DNA of 64,000 nt from Kofleriaceae bacterium (GTDB lineage Bacteria > Myxococcota_A > Polyangia > Haliangiales > Haliangiaceae). The notes under the pieces are model-generated. The model ran no database searches. It was not told the DNA's origin and saw nothing but the letters and a program-made list of their open reading frames with translations. The position numbers and the translations under genes were made by a program. Positions 20,256 through 29,627 of this stretch are shown here, piece by piece. The stretch is from the NCBI GenBank assembly GCA_046597055.1, contig JBKJLC010000202.1, forward strand, positions 21,121-85,120, in the 5' to 3' direction. How positions within the stretch are numbered: position 1 is the first letter of the stretch; each line of letters begins with the position of its first letter.

Positions 20256-22754
20256 ATGATCGAGCATAAACCCTTCGTCCCGCCCGAGGCGAACGTCCGT
20301 GAGCTGACCCCCATGGCACTCATCGTGGGTGCCTTCCTCGGTCTGGTCTTCGCGCTGTCGTCGGTCTACCTCGGCCTCAAGGTCGGGCTCACCGTGTCGG
20401 CCTCGATCCCGGTCGCGGTGCTGTCGATCACCCTGTTCCGCTGGTTCAAGCTGCGCGGCACGATCCTCGAGAACAACATCGCGCAGACCACCGGCTCGGC
20501 CGGCGAGTCGATCGCGGCCGGCGTCGCGTTCACCCTGCCGTCGCTGCTGCTGATGGGCTTCGACCTCGAGCTGGTCCGCGTGCTCATGGTCGCGCTGCTC
20601 GGCGGCCTGATCGGCGTGCTCATGATGATCCCGCTCCGCCACGGCCTGATCGTGAAGGAGCACGGCAAGCTCGCCTACCCGGAGGGCACCGCCTGCGCCG
20701 ACGTGCTGATCGTCGGCGAGAAGGGCGGCACCGAGGCCAAGATGGTGTTCCTCGGCCTGCTGACCGGCCTCGGCTACGCGTTCCTCAGCCTGATCCTCAA
20801 GCTCTGGAAAGAGGGCGCGACCCTGACGCTCGACGTCGGCGGTCGGCTCAAGGCGGCCACGCTCGGGGTCGAGGTGTCGCCGCCGATGCTCGGCGTCGGC
20901 TACATCATCGGCCCCAAGGTCGCCGCCAACATGCTGGGCGGCGGCCTGCTCGCGTTCGTCGTGCTCATCCCGATGATCGTCTTCTTCGGCGACCCCGAGA
21001 CCGTCGGCAAGATGTCGCCGGGCGCGATCCGCAACGAGTTCATCCTCTACATCGGCGCCGGCGCGGTCGCCGCCGGTGGCTTCATCGCGCTGGGCCGCTC
21101 GATCCCGACCATCGCGCAGGCGTTCAAGCGGGGCCTCGGCGACCTGCGCACCAGCGATGCCCCGCGCGCCGCGGTCATCCGCACCGAACGCGACCTGCCG
21201 ATGACGGTGGTGATCGGCGGCGCGGTCGCGATCGCCCTGACCATCTGGATCGCGCCGATCCTCGAGATCAACCTGATGACCGCGCTGCTGGTGGTGCTGT
21301 TCGGCTTCTTCTTCGTCACCGTGTCGAGCCGCATCACCGGCGAGATCGGCTCGTCGTCGAACCCGATCTCGGGCATGACCATCGCGACCCTGCTCCTGAC
21401 CTGCGGCCTGTTCGTGCTGCTGGGCTGGACCGGCGTCGAGTACAAGGCGATGGCGCTCACCACCGCCGCCCTGGTCTGCGTCGCCGCCTCGAACGGCGGC
21501 ACCATCTCGCAGGACCTCAAGACCGGGTTCCTGGTCGGCGCCACGCCCCGGGCGCAGCAGATCTCGATCCTGGTCGGCGTGGTGTCGAGCGCCATCCTCA
21601 TCGGCTTCACGCTGCTGATGCTCAACGACTCGCGCACGACGTACCCGGCGGTGAGCTACCCCGAGTTCACCGTGACCAAGATGAGCGACCAGACGCTCGA
21701 CGGCCCCGACGGCAAGAGCTACCGCGTGGTCTACCTGCGCGACGACATCGCGATCGTGCCCAAGGTCGAGGTCGCCAAGGGCCGCTACCTGGTGGACGCG
21801 ACCGGCGCGGTGCGGTTCACCCTCGGGCGCGACGACCAGCCGGTCAAGCGCGAGGTGCCGAACTACGTCGCCCCACCCGCCGGCGCCGACGCGGTCATGA
21901 TGGCCGGCCCCGACGGCGTCAGCTACCGCGTCGTCACGCTCGCCGCCTCGTTCAAGGATGCCGGCCGCCACGTGCCGCGCGGCAAGTACCTGGTCGACGC
22001 CAGCATGAAGCTCGCCTACCTGGTCGATCCCGGCGTCAGCGGCAGCTATCCGTACGAGCTCGAGAAGGCCACCGGCACGCTGCCGCCCGACGTCACCGTG
22101 AACGACGAGGACCAGCTGGTGCGCGGCACCACCGTGGTCGGCACCGACCGCGGCACCGAGCTCGGCATCGATCATCGATCGTACCGCCTGATCGAGCTGG
22201 ACGACGAGATCGGCGGCCTGCGCCCCGGCCGCTATCTGGTCGACGAGGCTGGCCAGGTCGCCTTCGTCGCGCGCGAGATCATCAAGTTCGATGCGCCCAA
22301 GGCCCAGCTGTTTCGCCTGATCATCGACGGCACCCTCGGCGGCAGCCTGCCGTGGGGGCTGGTCCTGATGGGCGTGCTGCTGGCGGTCATCCTCGAGCTG
22401 GTCGGGGTTTCGTCGCTGCCGTTCGCGGTCGGCCTGTACCTGCCGATCCACACCTCGGGCGGCATCTTCATCGGCGGCTTCGTGCGCTGGCTGGTCGACC
22501 GCAAGCGCCGCGGCGAGAGCGCGGCCGACGCCGAATTCTCGCCCGGCATGCTGATGGCCTCAGGCCTCATCGCGGGCGGCGCGATCACCGGCGTGCTCCA
22601 GTCGGTCATCTACGCGGCGAAGTGGAACCAGGCGATGGACCTCAGTGGCTTCCTGCCCGCGTCGCTGGCGGCCAACGAGACCTGGTGGCCGCTGACGCCG
22701 TTCCTGCTGATGGCGGCCGGCCTGTTCTACATCGCGACCCAGAAGCGGAAGTAG
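20256..22754 (+). CDS. OPT family oligopeptide transporter with large repeated loop insertion
   Basis: YLGLKVGLTVSASIP, ILENNIAQTTGSAGES, LAYPEGTACA, GSSSNPISGMTIAT, SQDLKTGFLVGATP, FAVGLYLP. Confidence 0.95.
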   Translation: MIEHKPFVPPEANVRELTPMALIVGAFLGLVFALSSVYLGLKVGLTVSASIPVAVLSITLFRWFKLRGTILENNIAQTTGSAGESIAAGVAFTLPSLLLMGFDLELVRVLMVALLGGLIGVLMMIPLRHGLIVKEHGKLAYPEGTACADVLIVGEKGGTEAKMVFLGLLTGLGYAFLSLILKLWKEGATLTLDVGGRLKAATLGVEVSPPMLGVGYIIGPKVAANMLGGGLLAFVVLIPMIVFFGDPETVGKMSPGAIRNEFILYIGAGAVAAGGFIALGRSIPTIAQAFKRGLGDLRTSDAPRAAVIRTERDLPMTVVIGGAVAIALTIWIAPILEINLMTALLVVLFGFFFVTVSSRITGEIGSSSNPISGMTIATLLLTCGLFVLLGWTGVEYKAMALTTAALVCVAASNGGTISQDLKTGFLVGATPRAQQISILVGVVSSAILIGFTLLMLNDSRTTYPAVSYPEFTVTKMSDQTLDGPDGKSYRVVYLRDDIAIVPKVEVAKGRYLVDATGAVRFTLGRDDQPVKREVPNYVAPPAGADAVMMAGPDGVSYRVVTLAASFKDAGRHVPRGKYLVDASMKLAYLVDPGVSGSYPYELEKATGTLPPDVTVNDEDQLVRGTTVVGTDRGTELGIDHRSYRLIELDDEIGGLRPGRYLVDEAGQVAFVAREIIKFDAPKAQLFRLIIDGTLGGSLPWGLVLMGVLLAVILELVGVSSLPFAVGLYLPIHTSGGIFIGGFVRWLVDRKRRGESAADAEFSPGMLMASGLIAGGAITGVLQSVIYAAKWNQAMDLSGFLPASLAANETWWPLTPFLLMAAGLFYIATQKRK

Positions 22755-22760
22755 GGGGCC

Positions 22761-22792
22761 GCCGACCTCGCCGCACACGTGGCGAGGTCGGC
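22761..22792 (+). terminator. Stem-loop downstream of the OPT gene
   Basis: Perfect 12-bp stem GCCGACCTCGCC / GGCGAGGTCGGC with 8-nt loop. No U-tract. Confidence 0.5.
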
Positions 22793-22969
22793 AAGTCACT
22801 GAAGGTTGGTCGTGCTGGGGTGGGATGTCTTCCCCCGAGGGGTGGTCTCGAGTCCTCAGGGACCACGGTCCGGCCGGCCCCATCCGGCTTGATCGAGTCA
22901 GATCGTCGGCGGCGCGTGCGTGGAATGGTCGTTGCACTGTTGAGGCTCGTCCTCACCGAAGGTGCCGCC

Positions 22970-24151
22970 ATGACTCGCTTCAACAACCTTCTCGCGCCTC
23001 TCCTCCTTTCTCTCGCTGCCGCATGCGGCGGTAGCTCGGTCGGCGGCGACGGCCCCTGCGGGCCGGGCAGCACCGACCCCATCTGCCAGCAGTCGTGCAA
23101 CGGCACCGACGCGTTGTGCCCCAGCGGCTTCTACTGCGGACCGGCAGGCACCTGCACCGCCGACTGCACCGCCGGCGGCGGCGAGTGCGGCCCCGGCCGG
23201 AGCTGCGACAACGTCGGCCACTGCTTCGACGACGACAGCGAGCTCGACGCCAACGCGTGCCCCGCCGTGACGGTGTCGCCGATGCCGCGCATCCCGACCG
23301 TGCAGCTCCTGATCGATCAGAGCGGCTCGATGACCCAGGCGTTCGGCAACACCAACCGCTGGGACGCCGTGAAGGCCTCGCTGATCGCAAACACCGGCGT
23401 CATCACCACCCTGCAGGACCGCGTCGTGTTCGGCGCCAGCCTTTACACGTACAACGCGGCGCAGGACACCAGCTGCCCGCGCATCACCAAGACGCCGCTC
23501 CGCGCGCTCAACAACCGCGGCGCGATCGCCACCCTGCTCAACGCCGCAGCGCCAGCGTCCGACACCCCGACCGGCGAGTCGATCCAGAAGGTGATCCAGG
23601 ACTTCCAGGCCAACCCGGCGGCCGCGAGCTCGGTGCCGGTGATCCTGCTGGCCACCGACGGCGAGCCCGACCGCTGCGCCGACCCCGACGGCCACGACAA
23701 CGTGTCGCGCCAGCTCTCGGTCAGCGCCGCGCAGCAGGCCTACACCGCCGGCATCCGCACCATCGTCCTGTCGGTCGGCAACGAGGTCGGTGACGACCAC
23801 CTGCAGCAGGTCGCCAACGCCGGCGCCGGCAAGCCGCCGACCACCGGCACCGAGCCGTTCTTCAAGGCCAACAACCCGGCCGAGCTGGCGACCGCGCTCG
23901 GGTCGATCCTCACCGGCATCCTGTCGTGCGAGCTCGACCTGTCGGGCACGGTCGACCCCGCCGGCGCCGCCGATGGCTACGTGGAGATGAGCGGCGGCGG
24001 GTGCGCCCGCACCGGCGCGCTCAGCTACGGCGCCGACTGGGAGCTGGTCGACGACAACACGATCCGCATCCGCGGCACCGCGTGCGAAGCGCTCAAGGCC
24101 GGCCAGTGCAGCCTGCAGGCGACCTTCGCCTGCGGCACGCTCATCAACTGA
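22970..24151 (+). CDS. Cys-rich vWA-domain lipoprotein (myxobacterial CglB-like architecture)
   Basis: Lipobox AAAC, Cys-rich N-terminal part, MIDAS DQSGSM..TPT..LATDGEP, C-terminal Cys-containing domain. Confidence 0.85.
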   Translation: MTRFNNLLAPLLLSLAAACGGSSVGGDGPCGPGSTDPICQQSCNGTDALCPSGFYCGPAGTCTADCTAGGGECGPGRSCDNVGHCFDDDSELDANACPAVTVSPMPRIPTVQLLIDQSGSMTQAFGNTNRWDAVKASLIANTGVITTLQDRVVFGASLYTYNAAQDTSCPRITKTPLRALNNRGAIATLLNAAAPASDTPTGESIQKVIQDFQANPAAASSVPVILLATDGEPDRCADPDGHDNVSRQLSVSAAQQAYTAGIRTIVLSVGNEVGDDHLQQVANAGAGKPPTTGTEPFFKANNPAELATALGSILTGILSCELDLSGTVDPAGAADGYVEMSGGGCARTGALSYGADWELVDDNTIRIRGTACEALKAGQCSLQATFACGTLIN

Positions 24152-24209
24152 GCCACGCCCGGCGCGCCGGCGCGGCTGCCACCCGGCGGCGCGCGGGTAT
24201 AGTCGCGCC

Positions 24210-25025
24210 ATGTCCGCCACCGCCACCGCCGTCGTCACCGGAGCTGCCCGCGGCCTCGGCCGCCTGATCGCCACCTCGCTCGCCGGCCGTGGCTTCGAGG
24301 TGCTGTGCACCGACCTCGACGGCGCGGGCGCCGAGGCGACCGCGCGCGCGATCGGCCGCGGCGCCTGGGGCCTCGGCCAGGATGTCCGCGATCCGGACAG
24401 CCACCGCAAGGTCGCAGCCGCCGCCAGCGCGCGCGGACCGCTCAAGGTGTGGGTCAACAACGCCGGCGTGCTCGCGGTCGGCGCGGCCTGGAAGGCGACC
24501 GAGCTCGAGGTCCGCCGCATGATCGAGGTCAACGTGCTCGGCGTGATGTGGGGATCGCAGGCCGCGGTCGACGCCATGGGCCCGGCCGGCGGTCACCTCA
24601 TCAACATCGCGTCGCTGTCGGCCTACGTGCCGGCGCCCGGCATGGCGGTGTACGCGGCCAGCAAGAGCGCGGTGCTCACCTACACGATCGCGCTGTCGGG
24701 CGACCTCCGCCACGCCGGCCTCCCGATCGAGGTCACCGCGATCTGCCCCGACGCGGTCGAGACCGACATGGTGAAGCAGGTCGCCCACCAGCCGGCCAGC
24801 GACATCCTGTTCTCCGCCGGCAGCATGCTGCGCGCCGAGGACGTCGCGGCCGCGGTCATCGCCAGCCTCGATCGCAAGAAGCTGGTCCGCATCCTGCCCG
24901 CCACCCGCGGCGCGATGGCCCACGCGCTCCATCCGTTCCCCGCCCTGGGCCTGCGCCTGCTCGATCGGTTCGCCGCGCTGGGCGCTCGCCACAAGGCCAA
25001 GCGCGGCGCCCCGTCGGCGCGCTGA
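24210..25025 (+). CDS. Short-chain dehydrogenase/reductase
   Basis: TGAARGLG, NNAG, YAASK. Confidence 0.95.
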   Translation: MSATATAVVTGAARGLGRLIATSLAGRGFEVLCTDLDGAGAEATARAIGRGAWGLGQDVRDPDSHRKVAAAASARGPLKVWVNNAGVLAVGAAWKATELEVRRMIEVNVLGVMWGSQAAVDAMGPAGGHLINIASLSAYVPAPGMAVYAASKSAVLTYTIALSGDLRHAGLPIEVTAICPDAVETDMVKQVAHQPASDILFSAGSMLRAEDVAAAVIASLDRKKLVRILPATRGAMAHALHPFPALGLRLLDRFAALGARHKAKRGAPSAR

Positions 25026-25074
25026 CCGCCACGGCGTCCGGTGCCCGGCGGTCCCCCCGAGCCCGGTCGGCGCG

Positions 25075-28000
25075 CTACCAGCGCCGCGACCACAGCAGGT
25101 CGAGGCCGTGGACGCCGTCGCCGGTGACGGCCTCGATCACCAGGCGACGGGCCAGCCAGTACTCGAGCTCGGCCTCGTTGGTGTTCTGGTCGGCGCGCGC
25201 CTCGACCCGGCGGCGGTAGGCGACGTAGAGGTTGCGCGAGAGCCAGCGGCCGGCCTTGAAGGCGGTGCTGGAGCGCGCGGTCGGCGCCTCGACCGCGAGG
25301 GTGTCGACCCGGAACGGCAGGCGATGGATGAACACGCCGGTCAGCGCCGAGGACGCGGTCGAGGTCGCGACCCCGAGCGCGGCGCCCTCGAGCTCGCCCC
25401 CCGGGGACACGCCGGGCGAGCCGCCCAGGACGAAGCTCAGCAGCTCGCCTTGCGAGTAGGTCGACGGGTCCGACCGGAACGTGATCACCGGGCGGCTGGC
25501 GCGACCGCCGGCGGCGATGAACAGGGTGAGCTCGGGGAAGCTGCGGCTGAGCAGCACGTCGAGCTGCGGATCGATCCCGCCGTCGAAGATCACCTTGGCC
25601 TGCTCGATGCGGTAGCGGCGATCGAGCAGCGTGAGCTCGCCGCGCGGCGCCTCGATGGTGCCATCGACCGCGATCACGTCGATGCCGACCGAGGCGGTCA
25701 GCGCGCCGACCGCCTCGCCGCGCAGGTCGGGCAGCTGGAAGTCGACCGGCTCGATGTCGATGCTCGCGATCAGGAATGGATTTTGGGGCCGCAGGTTGGC
25801 GCCGAGCCGGGCCCGCGCGCCGGTGCGGCTCGGCGCTCGGTTGCGGCCCCGGGCGCGCGCGCGCCCGCCGGTCCGCGCGTCGATGACCAGGTCGTCGGGC
25901 ATCGCGGTCGCGTGGAGATCGGCGCCGCTCTTCTCGGGCACCACCACCCGGCCCTTGCGGACACTGGCGGTGGCCCGCCAGTGGTCGCCCTCGCGCACGA
26001 CGTCGACGTGGACCTTGCCGCTGAGGATCGGCTGGAGGGCGTTGACCAGCTGGATCTTGGTCGCGCGCACGTCGATCACGGCGCGCTCGGGGATCAGCCC
26101 GGCCAGCGTGGCCGAGCCATCGAGCTCGACCACCCCGGCGCCGATCCGGCCCTCGAGCGCGAGCGTGGCCTGGCGATCGCGCAGGGTCAGCTTCACCGAC
26201 GCGCCCGACAGGGTCCCGATCGCCGGCGCCACCGGCAGCCTGGCCTCGGTGAGCTGGATCAGGCCGCTCGCGACCGCGGTGGCCGGATCGACGCCGCGGA
26301 TCTGGACATCGGCGTCGAGCAGCCCGCGCAGATCTTCGCCCGGGCCCGGCAGGAGCGGGGCCAGCCCGGCCAGCTGGTAGCCGGTGGCGGTGAAGTTGGT
26401 CCGGGCCGCAGCGAGCTGCCCGGGCGCGACCGTGCCGCGCAGCGCGAGGCGACCGCCGCTGGGCTGGGCGCCGACGACCTCGCCGGTGAGAGCCTTGCCG
26501 TCCCAGCGGGCGTTCGCGCTCAGCTGGCCAAGGCCGGTGAGCGCGCCGCGCAGATCACGGATCTCGAGGGTCAGCTCGCCGGTCGGCGCGCCGACGGTGC
26601 CAGCGACCTTGGCCGCCAGGTCGACCGTGCCGACCAGGCCGCGGTAGCGGCCGACCGCGCGCGCCAGCGGCGCGAGCGCGACCTCGTCCGCGGTCAGGGT
26701 GGCGGTCACCGGTGCCGGCCACAGCGCGGCCAGGCCGCGGCGCGCCAGCGCGTCGATCGGGACCTCGACGTGACCGCTGCCCCGCACCACCCGCAGGCCG
26801 CCCAGGCTCGCGACCAGGGTGCCGTCGAGGCCACGCACGCCGACGGTGGCGGTGACCTCGGCGTCGAGCCGCGAGCGCAGCGGCCCGCCGCGCAGGCCGA
26901 CCACGCCGACTCGCACCGCGGCGCCGGTCAGGCCGGGCTCGACGTCGAGCTTCAGGCTGAGCCGGCCCAGCCAGCGATCGGGCAGGCCGAGCCGCGCGGC
27001 GATCGGCCCGACCGGCAGGCCCTCGGCCCGGACCGTGGCCGACGCGACCGCGCGCTGATCCAGCCGCGCCCAGGCCGCCAGATCGAGCGGCCGGGCCGGC
27101 GTGGCGATGGTCGCGTCGGCGGTCAGGGCGCCGATGCCCTCGACGTCGATCACCGCGGTGACCGCCATCGGGGCCCCGACCTTGCCGTCGAGGGTCAGGG
27201 TGGCATCGACCCGCTCAGCCACGCGCGGGCTGGTCAGATCGCGCACGATGATCCGCCCGGTGACGCCAGTGGCGGTCGCGTGCAGCTCGCCCTCGACCTT
27301 GCCGTCGAGCCCGAGCTGGATCCCGGCCAGTCGGCTCAGCGCGGCCAGATCGACCGGCGGGTCGGTGGCCGCGACCGCGCTGCCGACCCGGAGGTCGGCC
27401 CGCACCGCGCGGGCATCGAGCCCGCGCCAGGACACTAGGTCGGTGACGTCGCGCGGCGGCACCACGTCGAGCGCGAACACGCCGCCGCCGACCTCGGGTC
27501 CGCGCGCGGTGCCGTCGATGGTGATGCGGGTCGGCGACAGCACCGCCGACGCCGACAGATCGATCGCGGGCGCACCCGGGCGCGGCCGCACCTGGTGCAT
27601 CGCCACGCCGACCTCGCCGGTCACCCGGCCGGCGCGCATGGCGCCATCGACCGAGACGTCGACCCGACCGCGGGCACCGCCCAGATCGAGGAGCCGATCG
27701 AGCGAGCCCAGCTCGAATCCCTTCAGCTGGGCGCGCACGTCGACGTCACCGGCGCGGCGGCGGCCACCGCCGCGGTGATAGCTGCCGGCCACGGTGGCGG
27801 TGCCACCATCGACCACCACCCGCACGTCGCGGGCATCGATCTGGTGGGGCCGGATCGTCACCAGCCCGCCCTGGGCCCGGAGGTCGACGTCGCGCACCTT
27901 CACGTGGGCGGTACCGAGCGCGATCGCGACCGCGTCCGGCCGGCGATCGACCAGCGCATCGATCGCGACCGGCATCCGGGTGTTGGTCGACGACACGCGC

Positions 28001-29589
28001 ACGGCGATGCGACCGTCGCGGCGGGTTCGCGCGTCGAGATCGAGGCGACCGAGGTGCTCGCCGGCGGCGTCGACGTCGCGGGCGACCACGTGGACGTGGC
28101 CGGTCGGGTGAGCCGGGACGCCCGCGGCGTCGATGGTCACGTGGACCGCGCCGACGTCGACCGGGGTCGAGGTGGCGAGGTGGAGCCCGCGGCCGGTGAC
28201 GGTGCCGCGCACGGTCACCTCCGGCGCCTCGTCGACCTTGCCGGCGACGGTGAGGTCGACGGTGCCGCCACCCCGGGTCAGCGGGCCCCGGAGCTGGGCC
28301 GGCACCACCAACGCCAGCTGGGGCGCGCTGCCGACCAGCCGGGCCGCGTGCACCTCGAGCCCGGTCCAGCCGAGCTTGGCCTGCACGGTCGCGCCGGCGC
28401 GCGCGCCGCCCGGGCCGGTGGCCCCGGCCGCGACCCAGAGCTGCCGGGCCGACAGCCCGGCGAACACGACCAGCGCGACCTGACGCGTCTCGGTCCCGAC
28501 CTGACCGCGCAGCGCGACGCTGGCGCGGATCGAGTCGACGCCGAGCGTGGGCCGCTCGGGATCGATGGTGACGTCGAGATCGACCCGCCCCGACACCACG
28601 TCGACCGGCCCGCCGATCACGACCTGCGACGGCGACAGGCCGGTGGTCTCGAGGTGTCCGGACAGCCGCTGCCGCCCGGGATCGAGCACCAGCACGCCGG
28701 CGACCACCGAGCCGGCCAGGGTGCCGTCGATGGTGGTCTGGATCAGGCCTTGGCCGGGCCCGGCCGCGGCGCGGAACACCAGCGCGGTGTCAGCGACGAT
28801 CGGCGTGCCGGTCAGCACCGACGGCCACCAGGCCGGCGGCACCGTCATCGAGATCGCGCCGGTGATCCCGTCACCGCGGACCGCCGCCTCGGTGATCTGG
28901 ACCCGGGCCTCGCCGAGCCCGAGCTCCGCGGTCGGGATCACCACGCCGGCGCTGGTGAGCTGGAGCTGCCCACGCAGCAAGACGTCGGCCCCCAGCTCGC
29001 GCCAGCGAGCGGTGACGTCGACCTCGCTGCCAACCTCGAATGCCTGACCGGCCAGCACCGACACCGAGCCGCGGATCCGCAGCGCGTCGAGGTGGCCCTG
29101 CTGGTCGGCGGTGGTCCAGTGCACGTCGCCATCGACCGCGAGGCGATCGATCACCACGTCCCACGACAGCGGCTCCTCGTCGATGATGATCAGGTCGGCC
29201 AGGGTGAACAGCGCCTTGGCCGACGACACCGACGAGCCGGCGGTGGTCGGCGAGACCGCGGTGACGTGCAGGCCCTCCAGATCGAGGTGCTCGATCCGGA
29301 TCTTGCGGCTCAGGAGCTCGGTCACGCCGAGGTTGGTGCGCAGCACGTCGAGCGTCACCATGGACGCGCCGCCGGCCTCGCGCAGCGTGATGTCGCGGAC
29401 CACCAGCTCGCCGAGCACGCTGCCCTCGATCTTGCCGATCTTGACCGTGCCGTTGACGTGGGTTGCCAGCACCGCCTCGACCTGCGTGCGCAGGCGGTCG
29501 CGGCCCCAGTCGGTGTGGACCAGCGCGAGCGCACCGCCGATGCCGACCAGGATCAGCGCCAGCACCACCAGCAGCGCGCGCGCCACCAT
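25075..29589 (-). CDS. tamB: Translocation and assembly module TamB-like protein (DUF490)
   Basis: N-terminal TM anchor, long beta-rich body, C-terminal FDGGIDPQLDV..FRSDP..ELLSFVLGG..GRWLSRNLYV..GLDLLWSRRW. Follows a TamA-like gene. Confidence 0.85.
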   Translation of the reverse strand: MVARALLVVLALILVGIGGALALVHTDWGRDRLRTQVEAVLATHVNGTVKIGKIEGSVLGELVVRDITLREAGGASMVTLDVLRTNLGVTELLSRKIRIEHLDLEGLHVTAVSPTTAGSSVSSAKALFTLADLIIIDEEPLSWDVVIDRLAVDGDVHWTTADQQGHLDALRIRGSVSVLAGQAFEVGSEVDVTARWRELGADVLLRGQLQLTSAGVVIPTAELGLGEARVQITEAAVRGDGITGAISMTVPPAWWPSVLTGTPIVADTALVFRAAAGPGQGLIQTTIDGTLAGSVVAGVLVLDPGRQRLSGHLETTGLSPSQVVIGGPVDVVSGRVDLDVTIDPERPTLGVDSIRASVALRGQVGTETRQVALVVFAGLSARQLWVAAGATGPGGARAGATVQAKLGWTGLEVHAARLVGSAPQLALVVPAQLRGPLTRGGGTVDLTVAGKVDEAPEVTVRGTVTGRGLHLATSTPVDVGAVHVTIDAAGVPAHPTGHVHVVARDVDAAGEHLGRLDLDARTRRDGRIAVRVSSTNTRMPVAIDALVDRRPDAVAIALGTAHVKVRDVDLRAQGGLVTIRPHQIDARDVRVVVDGGTATVAGSYHRGGGRRRAGDVDVRAQLKGFELGSLDRLLDLGGARGRVDVSVDGAMRAGRVTGEVGVAMHQVRPRPGAPAIDLSASAVLSPTRITIDGTARGPEVGGGVFALDVVPPRDVTDLVSWRGLDARAVRADLRVGSAVAATDPPVDLAALSRLAGIQLGLDGKVEGELHATATGVTGRIIVRDLTSPRVAERVDATLTLDGKVGAPMAVTAVIDVEGIGALTADATIATPARPLDLAAWARLDQRAVASATVRAEGLPVGPIAARLGLPDRWLGRLSLKLDVEPGLTGAAVRVGVVGLRGGPLRSRLDAEVTATVGVRGLDGTLVASLGGLRVVRGSGHVEVPIDALARRGLAALWPAPVTATLTADEVALAPLARAVGRYRGLVGTVDLAAKVAGTVGAPTGELTLEIRDLRGALTGLGQLSANARWDGKALTGEVVGAQPSGGRLALRGTVAPGQLAAARTNFTATGYQLAGLAPLLPGPGEDLRGLLDADVQIRGVDPATAVASGLIQLTEARLPVAPAIGTLSGASVKLTLRDRQATLALEGRIGAGVVELDGSATLAGLIPERAVIDVRATKIQLVNALQPILSGKVHVDVVREGDHWRATASVRKGRVVVPEKSGADLHATAMPDDLVIDARTGGRARARGRNRAPSRTGARARLGANLRPQNPFLIASIDIEPVDFQLPDLRGEAVGALTASVGIDVIAVDGTIEAPRGELTLLDRRYRIEQAKVIFDGGIDPQLDVLLSRSFPELTLFIAAGGRASRPVITFRSDPSTYSQGELLSFVLGGSPGVSPGGELEGAALGVATSTASSALTGVFIHRLPFRVDTLAVEAPTARSSTAFKAGRWLSRNLYVAYRRRVEARADQNTNEAELEYWLARRLVIEAVTGDGVHGLDLLWSRRW

Positions 29590-29627
29590 CCGCCGCGCCC
29601 GTCGCCAGAACCTGAACGGCCGCGGGC

